A DNA stretch of 64,000 nt from Fimbriiglobus sp. (GTDB taxonomy: Bacteria; Planctomycetota; Planctomycetia; Gemmatales; Gemmataceae): contig JAYSYJ010000281.1 of assembly GCA_043727675.1 (NCBI GenBank), positions 2,665 through 66,664 on the forward strand. Reading direction: 5' to 3'. Made by a program: the position numbers and the translations under genes. Under the pieces are notes generated by a model. The model was given only the letters and a program-made list of their open reading frames with translations. It ran no database searches and was not told the DNA's origin. Shown here piece after piece: positions 1-9,648 of this stretch. Every line of letters starts with the position of its first letter. Positions within the stretch are counted from its first letter, which is position 1.

Positions 1-645
<645 letters not shown>

Positions 646-666
646 ACATTCTAGTGCTCATTGTCG

Positions 667-1539
667 ATGGTCAAACACGTGGAACTCCAACAACTCCGCT
701 ATTTCCTCGCCTTGGCCCGCCTGGGGAATTTCACGCGTGCCGCCGAGGCGTGCCATGTGGCCCAGCCGACGTTGAGCCAACAGATTGCCAAACTCGAACA
801 AGAGTTCGGCGTGCCACTCTTCGACCGCTTGGCACGGGGTGCTGAACTCACGGCCGCCGGACGGGTCTTGCGGGAACGGGCCGAACAAGCGCTCGGGTTG
901 CTCGACGACGCCAAGGCGAGCGTGAGTGCCGATGCCAGCGCCGGCCGCCTCACCGTTGCGGCGATCCCGACCATCGCCCCGTATTTTCTGCCGAAGGTGC
1001 TGTTGCAGTTCGCCGCCGAGTACCCCGAGGTGAAGCTCGAAGTCCGCGAGGAGACCACCGCCGACTGTTTGGCGAAATTGACGGCGGGCGAAATCGACCT
1101 CGCGGTGTTGGCTCTGCCCGTGCGCGGGGATCACCTGAATTCGCAAACGTTGTTCACCGAGGAATTGTTGTTGGCCGTGTCTGAGGGGCACCGCTTGGCC
1201 ACGAAACCGCAAGTGCGCTTGAAAGACTTGACCGACGAATCGTTCGTGCTGCTCCACGAGGCGCACTGCCTGAGCGGCCAGGCGATGAACTTCTGCACCC
1301 GGCACGCCCTCGCGCCACTCATCACGGCCCGGCTGCATCAACTCGGCACGGTGTTGGAATTGGTACGACTCGGGCAGGGTGTCTCGTTGGTGCCGGCGAT
1401 GGCCGTCGGCGTCCACCCCGGTTTGGTCTACCGTTCGTTGGCCGGCGAGAAGCCGACCCGAATCGTCGGCGCCGTCTGGAGCCGGCTCCGCTTCCACGGG
1501 CCACTGTTGCAAGCGTTCCTGGATCAGTTGGCCGGGTGA
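667..1539 (+). CDS. oxyR: LysR-family peroxide-sensing regulator OxyR
   Basis: The N-terminal HTH LRYFLALARLGNFTRAAEACHVAQPTLSQQIAKLE is LysR-type. HCLSGQAMNFC has two Cys spaced exactly as OxyR C199/C208 (GHCLRDQAMGFC in E. coli). The gene is divergent from katG. The track start at 661 is TTG, so I use ATG 667. Confidence 0.85.
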   Translation: MVKHVELQQLRYFLALARLGNFTRAAEACHVAQPTLSQQIAKLEQEFGVPLFDRLARGAELTAAGRVLRERAEQALGLLDDAKASVSADASAGRLTVAAIPTIAPYFLPKVLLQFAAEYPEVKLEVREETTADCLAKLTAGEIDLAVLALPVRGDHLNSQTLFTEELLLAVSEGHRLATKPQVRLKDLTDESFVLLHEAHCLSGQAMNFCTRHALAPLITARLHQLGTVLELVRLGQGVSLVPAMAVGVHPGLVYRSLAGEKPTRIVGAVWSRLRFHGPLLQAFLDQLAG

Positions 1540-1622
1540 ACTGGCCGCGAATCCGCTTCGCGGTTACTGTACCATTTCATCGACGGGCCGAACAACAGCA
1601 CTCACGACGTTCGAGGCAGTTC

Positions 1623-2588
1623 ATGATTGCGATCACCGGTGCAGCGGGGTTCATTGGCTCAAATCTCGCGCTGCGTCTCGCCCACGAGGGGCACGACCTG
1701 CTGCTCGTCGATCACCCGCTCCGGGCCGCCAAAGTGCCCAATTGGGTCGGGCTGAGCGGCTTCCGATTTCTCGATCACGACCGATTCTTAACGACTCTCG
1801 CATCGGACTCCCCTCCGCTCGACGCCATCTTCCATCTCGGGGCGTGCAGCTCCACCACCGAGACCGACTGGGACTATCTCCAGCGGAATAACATCGATTA
1901 CACACGCACCTTGTGGGACTGGTGCACGGCCCACGAACGGCCGTTGCTGTACGCCTCCAGTGCCGCCACCTACGGCGACGGTGCCCTCGGTTTCGACGAC
2001 CGCACCGCTCCGACCGAACTTCAACCGCTCAACCTCTACGGGAAGAGCAAGAACGATTTCGACGCCTGGGCACTGGCGGAGGTGGCCGCCGGTCAGCCCG
2101 CCCCGCCCCACTGGGCCGGGTTGAAGTTCTTCAACGTCTACGGCCCGCGTGAGATTCACAAAGTCCGCATGGCGAGCGTGGTCTATCAAGCGTGGCGCCA
2201 AGTGAAGGCAAGCGGCACGGTGAAGCTGTTCCGCTCCACCGTGCCCGACGCGCCGGACGGCGGTCAACAGCGCGACTTTGTCTTCGTCGGTGATTGCGTC
2301 GATCACCTGCATTCACTCTGGCAAAACCCGGTTCCGAGCGGGCTTTACAACTCCGGCACCGGCTCGGCCCGGACGTTCCTCGATCTGGCCCGCGCCGTCT
2401 TCGCCGCACTCGACCGCGAACCCGATATCCGGTTCATCGACATGCCGACCGACTTGGCGGGACGGTATCAAAGCTTCACCCAAGCCGAGATGACCAAACT
2501 CCGCGAGACCGGCTACGGAACCGAGTCCACCACTTTGGAAGACGGCGTCCGGGTGACCGTGCAATGGCTCGAGGAGAACGACGGATGA
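1623..2588 (+). CDS. hldD: ADP-L-glycero-D-manno-heptose 6-epimerase
   Basis: MIAITGAAGFIGSN is a Rossmann GxxGxxG motif. YGKSKNDFD carries the YxxxK motif, and KFFNVYGPREIHKVRMASVV is typical of HldD/RfaD. The track ORF (1536) is extended upstream, so I use ATG 1623. Confidence 0.85.
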   Translation: MIAITGAAGFIGSNLALRLAHEGHDLLLVDHPLRAAKVPNWVGLSGFRFLDHDRFLTTLASDSPPLDAIFHLGACSSTTETDWDYLQRNNIDYTRTLWDWCTAHERPLLYASSAATYGDGALGFDDRTAPTELQPLNLYGKSKNDFDAWALAEVAAGQPAPPHWAGLKFFNVYGPREIHKVRMASVVYQAWRQVKASGTVKLFRSTVPDAPDGGQQRDFVFVGDCVDHLHSLWQNPVPSGLYNSGTGSARTFLDLARAVFAALDREPDIRFIDMPTDLAGRYQSFTQAEMTKLRETGYGTESTTLEDGVRVTVQWLEENDG

Positions 2589-3703
2589 TCGTGCCACCGC
2601 TCGACCTCAGCCGGCTCCGCGTCTTCCCGCTCGCCGAGCGCACGAGCTTGACGCGGGCCGACGACATTTTGATCGACCCCGACTCGGCGGCACCGGTCTG
2701 CTCGGAATTGAATGCGCGGTTGATCCGCGATTGTGCGACGAAGATCCTCGATGCCCGACGGCGCGGGGCGAGCATCCTGCTCATCTACGGTGCCCACCTA
2801 CTCCGCAACGGCACGGCGCGCATTCTCGAACGGATGATGGCCCGCGGTTGGCTCAGCCACTTGGCCACCAACGGCGCGGGCACCATCCACGATTGGGAAT
2901 ACGCTTGGTTCGGCGCCAGCACCGAAAGCGTCGAAGCCGGCGTGGCGAGTGGTCAGTTCGGCACTTGGCACGAAACCGCCACGAATATCCACCTGGCGCT
3001 CATGGCCGGCGCCTTGGATCATCTCGGCTACGGCCGGGCACTCGGGCGATTCATCGCCGAGAACGGTGCGACGTTGCCCACGGTCGAGGAGTTGCTGGCC
3101 GCCATCGTGGCCGACCCTGGACATGAGCTTACCTCCGCCCGCGCGGATCTGTTGCGGACAATCCGCTCGCAACAGTGGGCCACGGGGCGCATCACGGTTC
3201 AACACCGCTGGCAGCAAGCATCGATCTTGGGTTCCGCCTTCAAGCACGGTGTTCCCGTCACCGTCCATCCGGGGATTGGCTACGACATCATCTCGAACCA
3301 CCCAGTTTTCAACGGCGCGGTCATCGGCCGGGCCGGCGAGTGGGACTTCAAACTGTTCGGCGGATCAATCGAGCGGTTGGACGGCGGCGTCGTGCTCTCC
3401 GTCGGCTCGGCGATCATGGGGCCCCAAGTGTTCGAGAAGAGCCTGAGCTGTGTCAACAACATCCGACTTCAAGACGGCCGGGAGATTGTCCGGAACCACA
3501 CGATTTACGTGGTCGATCTCCAAGACGGCGGCGGTTGGGATTGGAGCACGGGCGAACCGCCGAAGACCAACCCGGCCTATTATTTGCGCTTCTGCAAAAG
3601 TTATTCGCGGATGGGGGGAGCCATGCACTACCTGCCGTGCGACAATGCCGCGTTCATTCACAACCTGTACCACGAACTGAACCGGCAGGAGTTTCGGGCA
3701 TGA
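2585..3703 (+). CDS. conserved hypothetical protein, possibly deoxyhypusine-synthase-like fold
   Basis: ATG 2585 overlaps the hldD stop (ATGA). The segment LIYGAHLLRNGTARILERMMARGWLSHLATNGAGTIHDWE resembles the DHS-family nucleotide-binding pattern, but the function is not established. The track extension from 2294 overlaps hldD and is rejected. Confidence 0.6.
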   Translation: MIVPPLDLSRLRVFPLAERTSLTRADDILIDPDSAAPVCSELNARLIRDCATKILDARRRGASILLIYGAHLLRNGTARILERMMARGWLSHLATNGAGTIHDWEYAWFGASTESVEAGVASGQFGTWHETATNIHLALMAGALDHLGYGRALGRFIAENGATLPTVEELLAAIVADPGHELTSARADLLRTIRSQQWATGRITVQHRWQQASILGSAFKHGVPVTVHPGIGYDIISNHPVFNGAVIGRAGEWDFKLFGGSIERLDGGVVLSVGSAIMGPQVFEKSLSCVNNIRLQDGREIVRNHTIYVVDLQDGGGWDWSTGEPPKTNPAYYLRFCKSYSRMGGAMHYLPCDNAAFIHNLYHELNRQEFRA

Positions 3704-4689
3704 GCAAAATGCTAGCGGTCGCGCTGTTGGCCGCGCTGAGCTTGGGAAATGCCACCGCCGCGCCGGTGCCGAAACCACCGGAGGGCGTGATCCTGATCAC
3801 GTCGTTTAACAAGACGATGCCGATGGAAATCGTGAAGCCCAATGGCACCTCGGTCAAAGTGATCACATCGACCGAATTGCTCCAGCCTTGGCAGGCGAGT
3901 TTGTCACCCGACGGCAGCCGCGTGGCTTATCTCAATGTTCCCAAGACGATGCCAGGACGGGACAAGCAATCGTCGGAGCAGAGTATCTGTTGGCGCGACC
4001 TGGATGCCAAGGACGGCACCCCGCCGAAGATCATCGTCGATGTGGCGTACTCGCCACAACTATTCTGGGCAGCCAACGGGAAGAGCATTTACTATTCGCT
4101 GGTCGATCCGGACAAACGCGTTTGGGCCCACACCCGTGAAATCGAGTTCGAGAGCTGGATTTACGACTCTGCCACCGAAAAGAGGACACGGTTAAAAATT
4201 CCGAAGGAACACAGCATTCTCGCGGTCTCACCGGACGGGAAGAATTTGATCACGCACAACTTGGATAGCCACAGCTTGACGTTTACCATTTTCATGACAC
4301 CGTTGAAAACGCTGAAGCCCGAGAGCATTGCTGGGCACATGGTGACGGGCATGGTCGATCCGAAGTTTTCTCCGGATAGTAAACGAGTCGTGTTCGGTCG
4401 GATGGAATTCGAAAGACCGCAGATGAATATCACTGTAGCGTTTTTCATCATCGATCTGGAAACGAAGAACGAAACGCGACTGAAACTTCCTAAACGTGGT
4501 ATTGATTACATCTGTTGGAGTCCCGATGGCAAACGGTTCGCGTATCACTGGGTTGCCCGTGTCCCTGGGCTGGATGGTAAGATCGAGCATGCCAGCCGTG
4601 TGACTGTTTGCAACACGGACGGCTCGGATTCCAAAGTGATCGTGAAGCGCGGGCCGGACGAAGATATTACAGGCCTCGATTGGCGCTGA
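3700..4689 (+). CDS. secreted TolB-like beta-propeller repeat protein
   Basis: ATG 3700 overlaps the upstream stop (ATGA). The signal peptide is MSKMLAVALLAALSLGNATA. There are four blade motifs: SPDGSRVAY, SPDGKNLI, SPDSKRVVF and SPDGKRFAY. Confidence 0.65.
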   Translation: MSKMLAVALLAALSLGNATAAPVPKPPEGVILITSFNKTMPMEIVKPNGTSVKVITSTELLQPWQASLSPDGSRVAYLNVPKTMPGRDKQSSEQSICWRDLDAKDGTPPKIIVDVAYSPQLFWAANGKSIYYSLVDPDKRVWAHTREIEFESWIYDSATEKRTRLKIPKEHSILAVSPDGKNLITHNLDSHSLTFTIFMTPLKTLKPESIAGHMVTGMVDPKFSPDSKRVVFGRMEFERPQMNITVAFFIIDLETKNETRLKLPKRGIDYICWSPDGKRFAYHWVARVPGLDGKIEHASRVTVCNTDGSDSKVIVKRGPDEDITGLDWR

Positions 4690-4726
4690 CTCAGCCCGAC
4701 CTCACCCCTGACCAGGCGAACCCCGA

Positions 4727-6139
4727 ATGCGCGTCTTCCTCGCTGTCATCGTGCTCGTCGTCAACGGGGTGGCCATCGCACAAGCTCCGGTTGGGGCCGC
4801 TAGCGTTTGGCCCACCGATGTGGTCACACTGGCCAACGGGGCGAAGTTCCAAGGGCTGATCGTCGACGAGAATATCCTCGGGATGACATTCCAAACCGTG
4901 AAGCGGCCACCGGGTCGACCGACGCTCACGTTCACCACGTTCTTCACGAAAAAGGAACTCGACAAAGTTCAACGGCTGAGCGAAACCGATCGGGCCACCC
5001 TGAAAGCCCGGCTCGCCGAACTCGACAGCAACGGTACCGGCGAGCGCATCCGGATGGACGCGCTCGTCCTCGCATCGGTGGAGTGGCTCGGCCAAAAGAA
5101 CGGAGCCAAGCGTTACGAAGCCGATCAATTCGTGCTCATCAGTGCGGCGCCGGAAGAAGTGACCCGCCGGGCCACCGTGCGACTGGAACAAATCTACACG
5201 GCGTTCGCCCGCTTCCTGCCACCGCGTTTCGAAGCACCGCGACCGACCTCGGTGGAATTGGCCGGCGACCTCGACCAATATCAGCAACTGGTCAAGCCGA
5301 GCGCCGGGCAGATCCTCAACGCCGCGGTCTTCCTGCCATCGGAGAACCGCATCCTCTGTGGCACCGACCTGCGCCGACTCGGCGACGAACTGCACCGCAC
5401 ACGCTTGCACCACCTACAACAAATTGCCGCCACCGACCGGTACGAAAAAGAGATCCGCGAGCTTTACAAAGGGAGCAAACCCGATCTCGACCGGTTTCTG
5501 ACCACGTTGAAGCGTGAGCGTGAGAAAGTCTACGCCGCCGACCGTGAAAACGACCGCACCTTCGACGCCGCAACCCGCCGGCTCTTCGCCATTCTGTATC
5601 ACGAAGCGTTCCATTCCTACGCCATGACATTCGTCTATCCGGTGCGAACCGTCGCGGAGATCGTCGGCGGAAAAGGCACCGGGGAACTGCCACGCTTCTT
5701 GAACGAAGGGCTAGCCCAATTGTTTGAACATCCGCTGATCGAAGCGGGAGAACTCCGAGTCGGTCACGCCGATCCGGAGCGGTTGAGACGCATCCACGAT
5801 TGGCTCAACGGGAAAGCCAAACCGGGCGATGCGGCTGTGTTGGTGCCACTCGCCGACCTGTTGAAAGCCGGCAAAGAGACCTTCCTGGCGGCCCACGCCA
5901 ACCAGCAGGCCAGCGCCGACCGAACGTACCTCACCTGTTGGGGACTGGCGTTTTACTTGATGTTCGAAAAGAACCTGATTGGCTCCAAAGCCTTCGACGA
6001 CTATCTGAAAGCCGTCAACACCGGCACCGAACCGGCGAAGGCGTTTACAGCCTTGGTCGGTCAGGATTTGCCGGCGTTCGAAAACGACTGGCACGACTAT
6101 TTGAAGAAGCTTCAACCCGACGGCACCGTGCGAAAGTGA
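4727..6139 (+). CDS. secreted DUF1570 / MA-clan metallopeptidase-like protein
   Basis: The signal peptide is MRVFLAVIVLVVNGVAIAQA. ILYHEAFHSY carries HExxH, and it is followed by RFLNEGLAQLFE, a gluzincin-type third-ligand Glu context. Confidence 0.7.
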   Translation: MRVFLAVIVLVVNGVAIAQAPVGAASVWPTDVVTLANGAKFQGLIVDENILGMTFQTVKRPPGRPTLTFTTFFTKKELDKVQRLSETDRATLKARLAELDSNGTGERIRMDALVLASVEWLGQKNGAKRYEADQFVLISAAPEEVTRRATVRLEQIYTAFARFLPPRFEAPRPTSVELAGDLDQYQQLVKPSAGQILNAAVFLPSENRILCGTDLRRLGDELHRTRLHHLQQIAATDRYEKEIRELYKGSKPDLDRFLTTLKREREKVYAADRENDRTFDAATRRLFAILYHEAFHSYAMTFVYPVRTVAEIVGGKGTGELPRFLNEGLAQLFEHPLIEAGELRVGHADPERLRRIHDWLNGKAKPGDAAVLVPLADLLKAGKETFLAAHANQQASADRTYLTCWGLAFYLMFEKNLIGSKAFDDYLKAVNTGTEPAKAFTALVGQDLPAFENDWHDYLKKLQPDGTVRK

Positions 6140-7792
6140 TCACCAGCGGTAGTTCGCCTGCAGGAAGAACAAGCTGGTGTCGAAGCCATCCTTCTGACCC
6201 GCCGGGGCCGTCTTCTTGATGAACTCACCGGCGTACAGGTGAGCGTACCCGACCAAGATGTCCGCGTGCTTGCTCACGTGGAAGTTGGCGATCAAATCCA
6301 GTTCCTGGCCGACGTCCCGTCCCGCTCGGCCGGTCGGATCGAACCGGCTGACGTTCCCGGCCTTGTTGTACAACGCGTCCCGTTTGTTCGCCAACTGGAA
6401 GCTGTGGAACTGGGTGTTCAACGTCAGCCACTTCGCCGGGTAGACGTACAAGTGGGCGTTCACGTCTTGGGCGTTCTGCCGACCGACGATGTCGACCCAG
6501 CCCTGGTAGTAGTGACCGAACGGGTACAGCGTGTTGAAGGTGTTCAGGTTGCCGCTGCCGGGGCTGCCGTCGCCCGTGGAGTAGTCGTAGTAGCCCCAGA
6601 TCGTCGGACTCCACGGCAGCTCTTTGAAGTTGTAGCCGAGGCCGGCGGACACCATCCCCGCGACCACATTTTGCGACGCCTGGCGACCGAGTTGCAGCGC
6701 CGACTCGATATCCCAAAGGAAGCCGGAGTCGTCCCCGGCGTAGCGGCCACCGAGCGTGTTGATGGTGAAGTTCCCGCGCTGCAACCCACGCTGGTTGACG
6801 GTGTTGTTATTCGTGAGCACCAAGTCGTACAGATCGACCGTGTGGCCTTTCTTCGGGCGGTACGTCGCGAAGATCCCGGCGAAGTTCTGCTGGTTGTCCG
6901 CCCAGTCGAGCCGGTTCGTATTCGGGATCACCGGCTGCGTCCAGAACGCGTTGACGTCCCATTTCTCGCCGGTGCGAAGAATGCTCACGCCTTGAAACGT
7001 CCGCCGGGTGTTGGCCCAGTCGAGGGTGGACACGAGTCGCTGCGAACCGAAGAGCAGCTCTTGCCGGCCGACCCGGAGGTACGCCGGCTTGCCCATCACG
7101 TCGCCGAGTTTGAAATCGAGGAAGAGGTTCAAAAAATCGAACCCGGTTTGGTCGATCGGCAGCGACGGCAAATCCTGCGAGTTCGAGAACGCCGCGATTC
7201 CTTCGGCGAACAATCGCACCCGGTCTTGGTACCACAGGTCGCCGTAGATCCGCTGCCGGGTCAGGGTGTACGAGTTGTTGCCACGCCCCAAGCGGCTGTT
7301 GTACTCTTCCATCTGCCGCACCCACGACTGCCCGCCGAGGCTGAGCAGGAAGTCGTCGCCGAGTTTCATCCGTTTGAGCGGATCGAAAAAGTCGCGCTCG
7401 GCGTTGTCGGGTTTATCGAGGTATCGGAAGTCGACGTCGAACGACGATTGGCCCATCAGGGCGAAGCGCGGGTACGGGTACGTCGGCGGCGCTTGGCTCG
7501 GCGTTCCCCTCACCGCGTCCAAAATCGAGTAGTACCCCGGCCCGGTCGGCGGCACTTGGAACGCCCCCGCACGTGGCTGGGGTCGCACTGGCGGAACGTT
7601 CTTGAAATCGAAGGCGATCGGGCCGCAAGTGGCACAAGGAAGTGCCGACGGTGGCGCGGGACTCGGAGATTCCGGCAAAACGATGGTCGAGGACTGTTCG
7701 AGTGGGACAACCAGAGCCGGTTCTTGCGCCGAGGCGGTGCCGAGAACGGCGAAGGCGACCGGTAGAATCAACGGGCGAAGGAAACGAGTCAT
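6140..7792 (-). CDS. outer-membrane beta-barrel, alginate-export (AlgE-like) family
   Basis: The start is set at MTRFLRPLILPVAFAVLGTASAQE (signal peptide). LRVGRQELLFGSQRLVSTLDWANTRRTFQGV is the family hallmark. The C-terminus ...FLQANYRW ends in an aromatic residue, as in OM barrels. Confidence 0.75.
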   Translation of the reverse strand: MTRFLRPLILPVAFAVLGTASAQEPALVVPLEQSSTIVLPESPSPAPPSALPCATCGPIAFDFKNVPPVRPQPRAGAFQVPPTGPGYYSILDAVRGTPSQAPPTYPYPRFALMGQSSFDVDFRYLDKPDNAERDFFDPLKRMKLGDDFLLSLGGQSWVRQMEEYNSRLGRGNNSYTLTRQRIYGDLWYQDRVRLFAEGIAAFSNSQDLPSLPIDQTGFDFLNLFLDFKLGDVMGKPAYLRVGRQELLFGSQRLVSTLDWANTRRTFQGVSILRTGEKWDVNAFWTQPVIPNTNRLDWADNQQNFAGIFATYRPKKGHTVDLYDLVLTNNNTVNQRGLQRGNFTINTLGGRYAGDDSGFLWDIESALQLGRQASQNVVAGMVSAGLGYNFKELPWSPTIWGYYDYSTGDGSPGSGNLNTFNTLYPFGHYYQGWVDIVGRQNAQDVNAHLYVYPAKWLTLNTQFHSFQLANKRDALYNKAGNVSRFDPTGRAGRDVGQELDLIANFHVSKHADILVGYAHLYAGEFIKKTAPAGQKDGFDTSLFFLQANYRW

Positions 7793-8053
7793 CGGGCACC
7801 TTGGATCGGTGATCAAAATCAACGGGCCACTGGGGAGGTCTGGCGCTGCTGTGTGGAATGGGACTGATGTAGATTTCGGACGGATTGCACCGACTGATTG
7901 AGCAGACCACTGCCCACGAGTAGCAAGAATACACCCCCACGAGCGGTAACTCCCGCAAAGGTCATACAACCGGAGCGCCTGATGCGATCAGTTGTGTTAA
8001 TATGTATATACTATACAGACGCTGTCGAGTCAAATCAAAATGTGAAAAGAGAT

Positions 8054-8773
8054 TCAAGTTCCCAAGATTCGCTTCAGAAATTCCAAATCGCTCGCGGCGT
8101 CGGCGGAGGATTTCGGGTTCTTCAACAGATACGCCGGGTGGAAGGTGCAGATCACGGGAATGCCCGTATGGTCGAAGGTTTTGCCCCGCAACGTGGCAAT
8201 CGATTCGGTGGTTTGCAGCAGCGTTTGCGCCGTCAAAGTCCCCAAGCAGCAGATCACTTTGGGTCGGGCGAGTTCGAGTTCGTGCACCAGATAGTCGCGG
8301 CAGTTCGCGCATTCTTTCGCCGTCGGGAATCGTTTCCCCGGCGCCCGGCAACGGGTTGCGTTGAGCAGATAGACCTGCTCCCGTTCTAAGCCCAACGCAA
8401 TTAGGGCCGATGTCAACCAAGTTCCGGCATCGCCGCGGAAGGGTTGGCCGGCAAGGTCGTCGACGGAATCGGGGCCATCACCCAGAAAAGCAACCTCGGC
8501 CGAAATTGGGCCGACGCCGGAAATCGTCTGGGTTCGCGTCGAAAATAGTTCCAAACAGCGGGCGCAATTCTGGATTCCATCGGCCAGCAATTTCAAATTC
8601 GTCCGTCGTTCGGCAAGCGGATCGACGGCAGGGATTACCGCAGAAGCCACAACGATCGGCGCCGATTTTCGAGACGGTGCTGGCCCCGCTTTGGCGACGT
8701 ATTCGACCCCGGCGGCGCGCAAGGCGTCGAGGTATTGCTTCAACTGCTGCGGCAAGGTCGGCGCATCGGCCAC
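8054..8773 (-). CDS. uracil-DNA glycosylase, family 4 type (Fe-S)
   Basis: FLGDGPDSVDDLAGQPFRGDAG is a motif A variant of GEGPG, and FHPAYLLKNP is motif B. The Cys cluster is CARC...C...CANC. There is an N-terminal extension of about 65 aa. Confidence 0.8.
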   Translation of the reverse strand: MADAPTLPQQLKQYLDALRAAGVEYVAKAGPAPSRKSAPIVVASAVIPAVDPLAERRTNLKLLADGIQNCARCLELFSTRTQTISGVGPISAEVAFLGDGPDSVDDLAGQPFRGDAGTWLTSALIALGLEREQVYLLNATRCRAPGKRFPTAKECANCRDYLVHELELARPKVICCLGTLTAQTLLQTTESIATLRGKTFDHTGIPVICTFHPAYLLKNPKSSADAASDLEFLKRILGT

Positions 8774-8858
8774 GCTGGTACTCCGGAACTGTTCGGACAG
8801 TTTAGGCCGTCGCTCTGTAAACTGAAGGGGTTAAACCGCACTCGATGGATTCACGCCC

Positions 8859-9644
8859 ATGACCGACGCCGTGACCTGCCCGAATTGTCGAGATGTGCTC
8901 GATGTGCCGACCGAGTTCCGCGGGCGTTCGGTGAAGTGCGGCACCTGCCAAACGGTCTTCCCCGTGCCAGAACCGATGGCGTCGATCTCCAAACTGCCGA
9001 CGGCCCGACGGGATCGGCCGCCGGTTTTGAACGAACCCCGATTTCGAAAACAGTCCAACCGGGTCGTCTGGTTCCTGCTACTCGCCACGGCCTTGTTGCT
9101 CGGCGGTCTCTGTGTGGCCTGCGGCGGATTTATCGTCTGGATGAACAACCCGACGATGACGGTTCACAAGTCGGAAGAGGGAAAATTCCAAGTGGAATTT
9201 CCCAGTGAGCCGCAACCCTTCGCGCAAGCGGGGGAACAAGGTGCGGTCGTCAAAGGGCTGGAAGCGAAGCGGAAATTGGCGGACGGACGCTACTTCGTGA
9301 AGTACTACGATCTCACCAAGAATCAATTGGCCGGAGATCCGGAGGCAATTCTCACCGACGCACTGAGAGTCGAGATCGCCGGCCTTGCTGCCGGCAATGA
9401 AGTTCAACGGCAGACCACCACGCACGCCGGTTTCCCGGCCATTGATGTGGAGCTGCACCAGGGCAGCCAACTCATGCAACGCATCACCGTGCTACGGATT
9501 ATCTTAGCGGGATCACGCGTCTACATTCTCGGAACCCAAGGGCAGAATCAACTGCCGCAATTCGCCTATGTGCAGCAGTTTTTCATCTCGTTCCGCACAA
9601 GCTTGAAATTCGTTCCGGCACCGAAGCCAGCACCGGACGAGTGA
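8859..9644 (+). CDS. zinc-ribbon membrane protein (hypothetical)
   Basis: The N-terminus has CPNC...x17...CGTC, an MJ0042-like zinc ribbon. One TM segment follows (VVWFLLLATALLLGGLCVACGGFIVW), then a C-terminal domain of about 170 aa. Confidence 0.6.
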   Translation: MTDAVTCPNCRDVLDVPTEFRGRSVKCGTCQTVFPVPEPMASISKLPTARRDRPPVLNEPRFRKQSNRVVWFLLLATALLLGGLCVACGGFIVWMNNPTMTVHKSEEGKFQVEFPSEPQPFAQAGEQGAVVKGLEAKRKLADGRYFVKYYDLTKNQLAGDPEAILTDALRVEIAGLAAGNEVQRQTTTHAGFPAIDVELHQGSQLMQRITVLRIILAGSRVYILGTQGQNQLPQFAYVQQFFISFRTSLKFVPAPKPAPDE

Positions 9645-9648
9645 CGCC

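Noticed and set aside
2294-2584. N-terminal extensions in the ORF track, for example 2294-2584, 3175-3699, 11342-11512, 20854-20937, 24486-24542, 39960-40025, 48850-48918, 52656-52706 and 62557-62778.
   Set aside because: They overlap the preceding gene in another frame or precede an obvious signal peptide or motif-bearing start. Several begin at TTG. I re-assigned the starts to downstream ATG/GTG codons.
6239-7765. A 508-aa plus-strand ORF antisense to the outer-membrane barrel gene. Similar long antisense ORFs occur at 11627..12955 (-), 14758..15765 (-), 32761..34116 (+), 40284..41555 (-), 43318..45138 (+), 45292..46803 (+), 47200..49047 (+), 50908..52071 (-), 54630..55742 (-) and 59101..60408 (+).
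   Set aside because: Each lies opposite an ORF with clear family signatures. They are Arg/Gly/Pro/His-rich with no recognisable motif or signal. This is the usual stop-poor antisense frame of a high-GC genome.
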